Shown here: positions 27,701-39,700 of the stretch, piece by piece
Numbering within the stretch: the stretch's first letter is position 1
Layout: the number at the start of each line of letters is the position of its first letter
NCBI GenBank assembly: GCA_965235115.1
Contig: OZ249452.1
Coordinates: 21,080,001-21,144,000 of the forward strand
Origin: Laetmonice hystrix
Lineage: Eukaryota
Length of the DNA: 64,000 bases
Direction: 5' to 3'
Translations under genes and position numbers: made by a program
The notes under the pieces: model-generated
Seen by the model: the letters and a program-made list of their open reading frames with translations, nothing else
The model's database searches: none
What the model was told of the DNA's origin: nothing

Positions 27701-30700
27701 TCTTATGAAAATGAGGAAAACATTCCAAAGAGGATGCTAAATAAACAAATACCTGAAATTAAGAATCGTTCTCATCCAAACCTTTTGAACAGCGTAAATG
27801 TGTTATAAGTAAGGTATCAGAAGTTATATGTATATGGTGGTACTTGAATTTTCAATGGTCGTGCTACATTCCTTGCCAACCTGAAATGCTGCAGGAAAGG
27901 GTGAAGGTTTTCCCAATGTCCACGAAAACGGGCTCAGGAGGCTGTATAAACTTGGGTGCCTGACCCTCTTCTTGAACATCTTCTTCCTCTGCTTCTGAAG
28001 AAGATCTAACTACCACCTCATCTTCCTTCATACGAAGAGAGTCAGCTCTGATGGTTATTTCTCCACCAGAGCAGAGGAAAGTTTTCTTGCCATTACAGCT
28101 CTCTCAGCACCTGTGCTCTCTACCACAGATATAGTGGTGGCTGCCTTGTCAAGTTGGGTCGTAGGGAAAGATGCTCGAGATGTCATCTGCGAAGCTTCCT
28201 GAGCCTCACCTTTCTGTTCTTCATCAAGTGTGATAAGTGTTGTGATCGATTGTTCTGTTTTTGTGACTGATGTATCCACCTTATGTGAAATGTCTGATGT
28301 TGAGGCGTCAACAGCGTATCTCAGCGCTGTTGACTGACCCTGCTCGGAAACAGTTTTGCTTTCTGAACGCGAGATTTCTTTAATTGACATGTCACCCAGT
28401 ACCATGACAACATCTATGTTTTCTTCCTCAACCGAAAACAGCGCCGCTGATTCCTCTGGAGGAAAAACATCAACCTGAAAGGACTCAGACGATTCTGGCT
28501 GCACTTCAAATGTTTCTTCCTTCAAGGGTTTCTCCAAGGTCTTCTCCATAACATGGGCCGAGCGCTTGCTCTCAACTCTCTGGGTCACAATCTCAGCTCC
28601 TTCAGGCTTGCCAACCAGGACAGTCACTGTGAACTTGAAGCTGCCAAACTTGTTCTCAGCAATCACAGTGTAGTCGCCGGCGTCTGCCTCAGTGGCGTCT
28701 ATAATGATCAGTATGTGAAGGTCCTGCTTCTCATCATATTGAACCTTCATTTTGGTGTCATCCTTGCGGGTTTTAAGGGCAGTTCCTGATCTGTACCAAG
28801 TAACCCTTGGTAAAGGTTCGCCTAAAGGAGAGCAACCTTGACTTATTAACAATTTTTGTTTGTCATATTGGAAATCACTTTGAAGTTGCCTTCATTACTG
28901 CAGAACATCTATTACTGTGGGTAATAAGATATGGCGTCCAAAGGTTAATCACCCGAAGATTGTAAACATTCATAAAGAAGTCAATATGATCAACTCAAAG
29001 CACAAAAGGTGCAAAGAAGCTGGCGTGCTATGGACTGTCAGTGTGGGGGCCTGCTGTCAAAACCTTGTATTGTTTCACATCACATAGATTTACACAGTAG
29101 ATTTTGCTTATAATTTCTATCGTTTACACCATTTTACGTTCCTTGTCCTATATTCTTACGCATAGAAGTCCTTGGTTTCATTAAGTATCGCTTGGTGATG
29201 GTGTGGGTCAAAATAATGTAGTGCAATATACCCAACAGCCAAATTCTTCAAAACCACGTTTAACTAGAATCAAGGTTATTCACATTGAACACTGTCACAT
29301 ACAGCCTGCCACAAATATACAAGGGGGTTATCGCTGGCTGAAAACGTGATGCAGCCAAATAACTCGTAACGAAATCAACTAATTCATAAAGAAACTAAAT
29401 AATTCAAGATAAAATTAAATAATTCATGAGGCTAGACAGTCAAGTTAATATGAACCAATGCAGTTTCAGTTCTGCAATTTCTTCTGACGTATCATACAAC
29501 AAAAAAAGAAGAAACCAAAACAGCACAAATAATCGAAAATGAGCTAAATAAACATTCTGAAAACCTTGCTAAAATCCAAACACATTTCCCAACCTGAGAC
29601 TTTGCAGGAAAGGCGGATGGTTTCTCCCACGTCAACAAACACAGGTTCCGGTGGCTGTACAAATTTGGGAGGCTTCCCCTCCTCCTCTGAAGATGACTCT
29701 TCTGAGGAGGATTCCTCAGAGGATGAAGATGAGGATTCCACTTTCTTTGTAGGAGCTTTGGAAACTTTCTCCTTCACTTCAGTAACCTTCATGGTGACTT
29801 CATCCACAGCAGGTTTTGTTTTCATTTCTAAAACCTCCACCTGAGCTGTATCAACTGACACAGTTTCTGTGGCCGACACATCCTGAGTTGTCTCCAAGAC
29901 CATTGTCTGTGTCATCCCAATATCCTGAGTCGATGACACAACTTGGGTTTCTGAAACCTCTGTCTTAGTTTCAGCTGTTACTTTGGGTTCTATGTCAGCA
30001 GACACCACTTCAGTGACAACTTCTCTGGGTTTGGTTTCTTCAAGTTTCAGCTCAATGATTTCTGGAGTTTCCTCAGCGACATCTTCCGTGACAATGTGCT
30101 CAACGACCTTTCCATCCACCAGGGTCTCCTCTACAACTTGCACTGAGCGCTTGCTCTCAACTCTCTGGGTCACAATCTCAGCTCCTTCAGGCTTGCCAAC
30201 CAGGACAGTCACTGTGAACTTGAAGCTGCCAAACTTGTTCTCAGCAATCACAGTGTAGTCGCCGGCGTCTGCCTCAGTGGCGTCTATAATGATCAGTACG
30301 TGAAGGTCCTGCTTCTCATCATATTGAACCTTCATTTTGGTGTCATCCTTGCGGGGTTTGAGGGCAGTTCCTGATCTGTACCAAGTGACCTCAGGAACGG
30401 GTTCACCTGGAGGAAATCAATACTGACCACATTACTATGGCTCCCTCTCCCTGGGATCACAAGACAAGAGCTCTAGGTTAAGTTAGAAAGCATGAACGAA
30501 CGTTAATTTAAATCAATGTAATCTACCTTTTTACGGCCAAGCTGCTCTGGCCTACCTCTGAGTTTCCCTGAGATAAGTCAACTCAATACTCCTAACTGCT
30601 CTATGTTTTCATTCAAGAAAAATATGCTTAAAACGTTTGGTATTTTTGTTGCTGTAAGAAATCACAGCAATATTCAAACTTCTTCTCGGCATCTGGCCAA

Positions 30701-33700
30701 ACCATGAGTTACCTGAGACCTTCAAATTGGCATTGGTTGATACTTTTCAGGACAAGGATTATTGGATGATATAAGTAATGTTTCAAACTAACCCAAGTCA
30801 AGAAATGCTACTGCCTTCACTTTATGGTGAATGTTGAAACATAATCATACAAGTCATAAATAAACCATTCGTGACACACCTGAAACTTAACATGCATGTC
30901 AGAATGGAGCCCGTAACAAAATTATTATTCTACATCAACAGAATAAAACTCTTGCATTCTAAATAGAAAAATGAGCAAAAATAATGTAATACTGAAATAA
31001 GCAAATAGCACCAATCATCTAACATGATGGCGCTTCATTGAAAGCAAAACCAAACTGGCTCTAATCTCAACCTCGAACAAGAGAGAAAGCTGAAACATAA
31101 CTATACAGACACGTGACAGAACAGACTTCATCCTGACAAACACAAGTGCTCATCCCATATTATAGTACCAAACCAAATGGTACAGAACCCATCAAATAGC
31201 GAATCCCATGCCAAATTCATGGTGTCATTCTTTTCAATAAAATGCAGCAAACAACTTAGAAACTGGTGACAGAAAGCCGTACAAACACTCAGGTCAAACT
31301 CATGAAAAAGGCCCAACCTGAGACTTTGCAGGAAAGTTGGATGGTTTCTCCCACGTCAACAAACACAGGTTCCGGTGGCTGTACAAATTTGGGAGGCTTC
31401 CCCTCCTCCTCTGAAGATGACTCTTCTGAGGAGGATTCCTCAGAGGATGAAGATGAGGATTCCACTTTCTTTGTAGGAGCTTTGGAAACTTTCTCCTTCA
31501 CTTCAGTAACCTTCATGGTGACTTCATCCACAGCAGGTTTTGTTTTCATTTCTAAAACCTCCACTTGAGCTGTATCAACTGACACAGTTTCTGTGGCCGA
31601 CACATCCTGAGTTGTCTCCAAGACCATTGTCTGTGTCATCCCAATATCCTGAGTCGATGACACAACTTGGGTTTCTGAAACCTCTGTCTTAGTTTCAGCT
31701 GTTACTTTGGGTTCTATGTCAGCAGACACCACTTCAGTGACAACTTCTCTTGGTTTGGTTTCTTCAAGTTTCAGCTCAATGATTTCTGGAGTTTCCTCAG
31801 AGACATCTTCCGTGACAATGCGCTCAACGACCTTTCCATCCACCAGGGTCTCCTCTACAACTTGCACTGAGCGCTTGCTCTCAACTCTCTGGGTGACAAT
31901 CTCAGCTCCTTCAGGCTTGCCAACCAGGACAGTCACTGTGAACTTGAAGCTGCCAAACTTGTTCTCAGCAATCACAGTGTAGTCGCCGGCGTCTGCCTCA
32001 GTGGCGTCTATAATGATCAGTATGTGAAGGTCCTGCTTCTCATCATATTGAACCTTCATTTTGGTGTCATCCTTGCAGGGTTTGAGGGCAGTTCCTGATC
32101 TGTACCAAGTGACCCTTAGTAAAGGTTCGCCTAAAGGAGAGCAACCTGGACTTATTAACAATTCTTGTTTGTCATATTGGAAATCACTTTGAAGTTGCCT
32201 TCATTACTGCAGAACCCCTATTACTGCGGGTAATAAGATATGGCGTCCAAAGGTTAATCACCCGAAGATTGTAAACATTCATAAAGAAGTCAATATCATC
32301 AACTCAAAGCACAACAGGTGCAAAGAAGCTGGCGTGCGATGGACTGTCAGTGTGGGGGCCTGCTGTCAAAACCTTGTATTGTTTCACATCACATAGATTT
32401 ACACAGTAGATTTTGCTTCTAATTTCTATCGTTTACACCATTTTACGTTCCTTGTCCTATATTCTTACGCATAGAAGTCCTTGGTTTCATTAAGTATCGC
32501 TTGGTGATGGTGTGGGTCAAAATAATGTAGTGCAATATACCCAACAGCCAAATTCTTCAAAACCACGTTTAACTAGAATCAAGGTTATTCACATTGAAGA
32601 CTGTCACATACAGCCTGCCACAAATATACAAGGGGGTTATCGCTGGCTGGAAACGTGATGCAGCCAAATAACTCGTAACGAAATCAACTAATTCATAAAG
32701 AAACTAAATAATTCAAGATAAAATTAAATAATTCATGAGGCTAGACAGTCAAGTTAATATGAACCAATGCAGTTTCAGTTCTGCAATTTCTTCTGACGTA
32801 TCATACAACAAAAAAAGAAGAAACCAAAACAGCACAAATAATCGAAAATGAGCTAAATAAACATTCTGAAAACCTTGCTAAAATCCAAACACATTTCCCA
32901 ACCTGAGACTTTGCAGGAAAGGCGGATGGTTTCTCCCACGTCAACAAACACAGGTTCCGGTGGCTGTACAAATTTGGGAGGCTTCCCCTCCTCCTCTGAA
33001 GATGACTCTTCTGAGGAGGATTCCTCAGAGGATGAAGATGAGGATTCCACTTTCTTTGTAGGAGCTTTGGAAACTTTCTCCTTCACTTCAGTAACCTTCA
33101 TGGTGACTTCATCCACAGCAGGTTTTGTTTTCATTTCTAAAACCTCCACCTGAGCTGTATCAACTGACACAGTTTCTGTGGCCGACACATCCTGAGTTGT
33201 CTCCAAGACCATTGTCTGTGTCATCCCAATATCCTGTGTCGATGACACAACTTGGGTTTCTGAAACCTCTGTCTTAGTTTCAGCTGTTACTTTGGGTTCT
33301 ATGTCAGCAGACACCACTTCAGTGACAACTTCTCTGGGTTTGGTTTCTTCAAGTTTCAGCTCAATGATTTCTGGAGTTTCCTCAGAGACATCTTCCGTGA
33401 CAATGCGCTCAACGACCTTTCCATCCACCAGGGTCTCCTCTACAACTTGCACTGAGCGCTTGCTCTCAACTCTCTGGGTCACAATCTCAGCTCCTTCAGG
33501 CTTGCCAACCAGGACAGTCACTGTGAACTTGAAGCTGCCAAACTTGTTCTCAGCAATCACAGTGTAGTCGCCGGCGTCTGCCTCAGTGGCGTCTATAATG
33601 ATCAGTATGTGAAGGTCCTGCTTTTCATCATATTGAACCTTCATTTTGGTGTCATCCTTGCGGGGTTTGAGGGCAGTTCCTGATCTGTACCAAGTGACCT

Positions 33701-36700
33701 CAGGAACGGGTTCACCTGGAGGAAATCAATACTGACCACATTACTATGGCTCCCTCTCCCTGGGATCACAAGACAAGAGCTCTAGGTTAAGTTAGAAAGC
33801 ATGAACCAACGTTAATTTAAATCAATGTAATCTACCTTTTTACGGCCAAGCTGCTCTGGCCTACCTCTGAGTTTCCCTGAGATAAGTCAACTCAATACTC
33901 CTAACTGCTCTATGTTTTCATTCAAGAAAAATATGCTTAAAACGTTTGGTATTTTTGTTGCTGTAAGAAATCACAGCAATATTCAAACTTCTTCTCGGCA
34001 TCTGGCCAAACCATGAGTTACCTGAGACCTTCAAATTGGCATTGGTTGATACTTTTCAGGACAAGGATTATTGGACGATATAAGTAATGTTTCAAACTAA
34101 CCCAAGTCAAGAAATGCTACTGCCGTCACTTTATGGTGAATGTTCAAACATAATCATACAAGTCATGAATAAACCATTCGTGACACACCTGAAACTTAAC
34201 ATGCATGTCAGAATGGAGCCCGTAACAAAATTATTATTCTACATCATCAGAATAAAACTCTTGCATTCTAAATAGAAAAATGAGCAAAAATAATGTAATA
34301 CTGAAATAAGCAAATAGCACCAATCATCTAACATGATGGTGCTTCATTGAAAGCAAAACCAAACTGGCTCTAATCTCAACCTCGAACAAGAGAGAAAGCT
34401 GAAACATAACTATACAGACACGTGACAGAACAGACTTCATCCTGACAAACACAAGTGCTCATCCCATATTATAGTACCAAACCAAATGGTACAGAACCCA
34501 TCAAATAGCGAATCCCATGCCAAATTCATGGTGTCATTTTTTTCAATAAAATGCAGCAAACAACTTAGAAACTGGTGACAGAAAGCCGTACAAACACTGA
34601 GGTCAAACTCATGAAAAAGGCCCAACCTGAGACTTTGCAGGAAAGTCGGATGGTTTCTCCCACGTCAACAAACACAGGTTCCGGTGGCTGTACAAATTTG
34701 GGAGGCTTCCCCTCCTCCTCTGAAGATGACTCTTCTGAGGAGGATTCCTCAGAGGATGAAGATGAGGATTCCACTTTCTTTGTAGGAGCTTTGGAAACTT
34801 TCTCCTTTACTTCAGTAACCTTCATGGTGACTTCATCCACAGCAGGTTTTGTTTTCATTTCTAAAACCTCCACTTGAGCTGTATCAACTGACACAGTTTC
34901 TGTGGCCGACACATCCTGAGTTGTCTCCAAGACCATTGTCTGTGTCATCCCAATATCCTGAGTCGATGACACAACTTGGGTTTCTGAAACCTCTGTCTTA
35001 GTTTCAGCTGTAACTTTGGGTTCTATGTCAGCAGACACCACTTCAGTGACAACTTCTCTGGGTTTGGTTTCTTCAAGTTTCAGCTCAATGATTTCTGGAG
35101 TTTCCTCAGAGACATCTTCCGTGACAATGCGCTCAACGACCTTTCCATCCACCAGGGTCTCCTCTACAACTTGCACTGAGCGCTTGCTCTCAACTCTCTG
35201 GGTCACAATCTCAGCTCCTTCAGGCTTGCCAACCAGGACAGTCACTGTGAACTTGAAGCTGCCAAACTTGTTCTCAGCAATCACAGTGTAGTCGCCGGCG
35301 TCTGCCTCAGTGGCGTCTATAATGATCAGTACGTGAAGGTCCTGCTTCTCATCATATTGAACCTTCATTTTGGTGTCATCCTTGCGGGGTTTGAGGGCAG
35401 TTCCTGATCTGTACCAAGTGACCTCAGGAACGGGTTCACCTGGAGGCAATCAACACTGACCACATTACTATGGCTCCCTCTCACTTTCATTCCACGTTTA
35501 AAAGCAAGGTATTAATGAGTCCATGCACTGTTGCAACTGAATCTATCTGGCTCCATGTGCCCTGATCATTAACAAGGTAGGCATATAGCTTTCAACGACA
35601 CTTTTCCCTGGTGAGGCCGAATTGAATTTCCACTTTAAAATCGCATACAGACTCAAAATATTCTGTGGTTTTCAAAATTATCTTGTGTAACATTACAGAT
35701 TAACGTATTTCAAAATTCAAATATTAGGTTAAAAGATTCCAAAATATATTCTGTATTCTCAAGTTCATGTGTGCCGTCACTAACCCTATACATAAAAGAA
35801 ATTATTGAGGACAGAACAGATTTTTAAACAGATAAAAGGATAAGCACGTCTCGATTACTGATAATATGTTCGCACTCTGTCAACTGCTCCACACCATGCA
35901 TTCCCTGATTGCAGGGTGACTCAACAGTGGCATTCCTTAAGAAGGCATTTCTCCCATTCTGAACGTGCAAACAAACAATGTTTGAGTCCTGTTAACAATA
36001 ATAACATACTCCAGGCACAAGACATCCTGATGTTCATTGGAAGTATGTTTAAACTGTCTTGGGCTCAACCAAACAATATATTCAAATAATCAAAAATAAA
36101 ACAGAAAGATATCCTCAAAGATAACCACATCAAGCCTAAACCAAAATGTGTAAAGCAAGTGTGAAATATCAATTAGAAGGAGCAATCTTCATGAATAATT
36201 ATGGCAATATATGCTGTATCCACCTAGACTTAAATAAATAAATAACGAGGTAACAGAACAGGAAGATTCAGTAAATATCAACTGTCGAAGAGCCCATAAC
36301 ACAACATCCTGCCACAGGTAAGGTTAATGTTATGGAAAAAGGCCCAACCTGAGACTTTGCAGGAAAGTTGGATGGTTTCTCCCACGTCAACAAACACAGG
36401 TTCCGGTGGCTGTACAAATTTGGGAGGCTTCCCCTCCTCCTCTGAAGATGACTCTTCTGAGGAGGATTCCTCAGAGGATGAAGATGAGGATTCCACTTTC
36501 TTTGTAGGAGCTTTGGAAACTTTCTCCTTCACTTCAGTAACCTTCATGGTGACTTCATCCACAGCAGGTTTTGTTTTCATTTCTAAAACCTCCACCTGAG
36601 CTGTATCAACTGACACAGTTTCTGTGGCTGACACATCCTGAGTTGCCTCCAAGACCATTGTCTGTGTCATCCCAATATCCTGAGTCGATGACACAACTTG

Positions 36701-39700
36701 GGTTTCTGAAACCTCTGTCTTAGTTTCAGCTGTTACTTTGGGTTCTATGTCAGCAGACACCACTTCAGTGACAACTTCTCTGGGTTTGGTTTCTTCAAGT
36801 TTCAGCTCAATGATTTCTGGAGTTTCCTCAGAGACATCTTCCGTGACAATGTGCTCAACGACCTTTCCATCCACCAGGGTCTCCTCTACAACTTGCACTG
36901 AGCGCTTGCTCTCAACTCTCTGGGTCACAATCTCAGCTCCTTCAGGCTTGCCAACCAGGACAGTCACTGTGAACTTGAAGCTGCCAAACTTGTTCTCAGC
37001 AATCACAGTGTAGTCGCCGGCGTCTGCCTCAGTGGCGTCTATAATGATCAGTATGTGAAGGTCCTGCTTCTCATCATATTGAACCTTCATTTTGGTGTCA
37101 TCCTTGCGGGGTTTGAGGGCAGTTCCTGATCTGTACCAAGTGACCTCAGGAACGGGTTCACCTGGAGGAAATCAACACTGACCACATTACTATGGCTCCC
37201 TCTCCCTGGGATCACAAGACAAGAGCTCTAGGTTAAGTTAGAAAGCATGAACGAACGTTAATTTAAATCAATGTAATCTACCTTTTTACGGCCAAGCTGC
37301 TCTGGCCTACCTCTGAGTTTCCCTCAGATAAGTCAACTCAATACCCCTAACCGCTCTATGTTTTCATTCAAGAAAAATATGCTTAAAACGTTTGGTATTT
37401 TTGTTGCTGTAAGAAATCACAGCAATATTCAAACTTCTTCTCGGCATCTGGCCAAACCATGTTACCTGAGACCTTCAAATTGGCATTGGTTGATACTTTT
37501 CAGGACAAGGATTATTGGACGATATAAGTAATGTTTCAAACTAACCCAAGTCAAGAAATGCTACTGCCTTCACTTTATGGTGAATGTTGAAACATAATCA
37601 TACAAGTCATGAATAAACCATTCGTGACACACCTGAAATTTAACATGCATGTCAGAATGGAGCCCGTGACAAAATTATTATTCTACATCAACAGAATAAA
37701 AGTCTTGCATTCTAAATAGAAAAATGAGCAAAAATAATGTAATACTGAAATAAGCAAATAGCACCAATCATCTAACATGATGGTGCTTCATTGAAAGCAA
37801 AACCAAACTGGCTCTAATCTCAACCTCGAACAAGAGAGAAAGTTGAAACATAACTATACAGACACGTGACAGAACAGACTTCATCTTGACAAACACAAGT
37901 GCTCATCCCATATTATAGTACCAAACCAAATGGTACAGAACCCATCAAATAGCGAATTCCATGCCAAATTCATGGTGTCATTCTTTTCAATAAAATGCAG
38001 CAAACAACTTAGAAACTGGTGACAGAAAGCCGTACAAACACTGAGGTCAAACTCATGAAAAAGGCCCAACCTGAGACTTTGCAGGAAAGTCGGATGGTTT
38101 CTCCCACGTCAACAAACACAGGTTCCGGTGGCTGTACAAATTTGGGAGGCTTCCCCTCCTCCTCTGAAGATGACTCTTCTGAGGAGGATTCCTCAGAGGA
38201 TGAAGATGAGGATTCCACTTTCTTTGTAGGAGCTTTGGAAACTTTCTCCTTCACTTCAGTAACCTTCATGGTGACTTCATCCACAGCAGGTTTTGTTTTC
38301 ATTTCTAAAACCTCCACTTGAGCTGTATCAACTGACACAGTTTCTGTGGCCGACACATCCTGAGTTGTCTCCAAGACCATTGTCTGTGTCATCCCAATAC
38401 CCTGAGTCGATGACACAACTTGGGTTTCTGAAACCTCTGTCTTAGTTTCAGCTGTTACTTTGGGTTCTATGTCAGCAGACACCACTTCAGTGACAACTTC
38501 TCTGGGTTTGGTTTCTTCAAGTTTCAGCTCAATGATTTCTGGAGTTTCCTCAGAGACATCTTCCGTGACAATGCGCTCAACGATCTTTCCATCCACCAGG
38601 GTCTCCTCTACAACTTGCACTGAGCGCTTGCTCTCAACTCTCTGGGTCACAATCTCAGCTCCTTCAGGCTTGCCAACCAGGATAGTCACTGTGAACTTGA
38701 AGCTGCCAAACTTGTTCTCAGCAATCACAGTGTAGTCACCGGCGTCTGCCTCAGTGGCGTCTATAATGATCAGTATGTGAAGGTCCTGCTTCTCATCATA
38801 TTGAACCTTCATTTTGGTGTCATCCTTGCGGGGTTTGAGGGCAGTTCCTGATCTGTACCAAGTGACCTCAGGAATGGGTTCACCTAAAGTGCAACCACAT
38901 TGGATGATATAAAACTAATACAACCTATTTTATTTTGTGGAAAGAAGCCATGAAATGTTTTCATGTAACGACTTTCGCTTCTCCATGGCAGAATTAAGCT
39001 ACACATTAGATTAACACTTGTTAAGTCACAGTGTAAATATCCCCCTTTCAATATACATTTTGTACAACGCTTCTTTGGGTTTCACAGCTTTTACAATATT
39101 ACTGACTGCACAATAGGGCTGGCCAGTTCTCGTGTCCTAGATAGGCAAACATGCGAGAAAGAGCGAGAATGGGGACAAACAGAGGGACCAGCGACTGTCA
39201 ACTTTAAAATATTTTTGCTCCCCAATGAGAGCACTTTGAGTCTTGAGCTTTACAAATATGATTAAGTAACATGTTAACTGAATGAAAAGGTACACTTTAC
39301 ATGTAAGAAGTTAAAATTTTTACACACAGCCTCATTTTAGAAATTGTTGTCACTGAGCCTATGTTAAACCTATGGGCAATTTGTGACGTCACATTGTTTG
39401 TCCCCAAAGCGCAAGTGGTTTGAGGTTATTTTACGTCATTTGCATATCCAGGACACGAGACTGTCCAGCCCTATCATCATAATGTTTTAAGTTAAGAGAA
39501 CACTGAAATAGAATAGATCGTATATAAATAATGAACAAAGCTACCTTTAAAAACAAAAGGACTTTAGTATGTAAAATTGGCATATGCAAATCAAGATAGT
39601 GTATTTGAAAGCATAAACAAACGGAAAAATGATTGTTCAATGTTTTAGGAACAAAATAAAAAAAAATTCACCATAACGAAAACAAAATATGTATTAAAGA

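Larger units (their letters stand above)
28560..38883. repeat. Tandem exon+intron duplication array: six 813-bp exons plus a partial seventh, with a 3309-bp higher-order unit
   Basis: Exon starts spaced 1722, 1722, 1724, 1585, 1724, 1585 bp. Intron type A (911, 911, 909 bp) occurs three times, type B (772 bp) twice, type C once. Confidence 0.95.
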
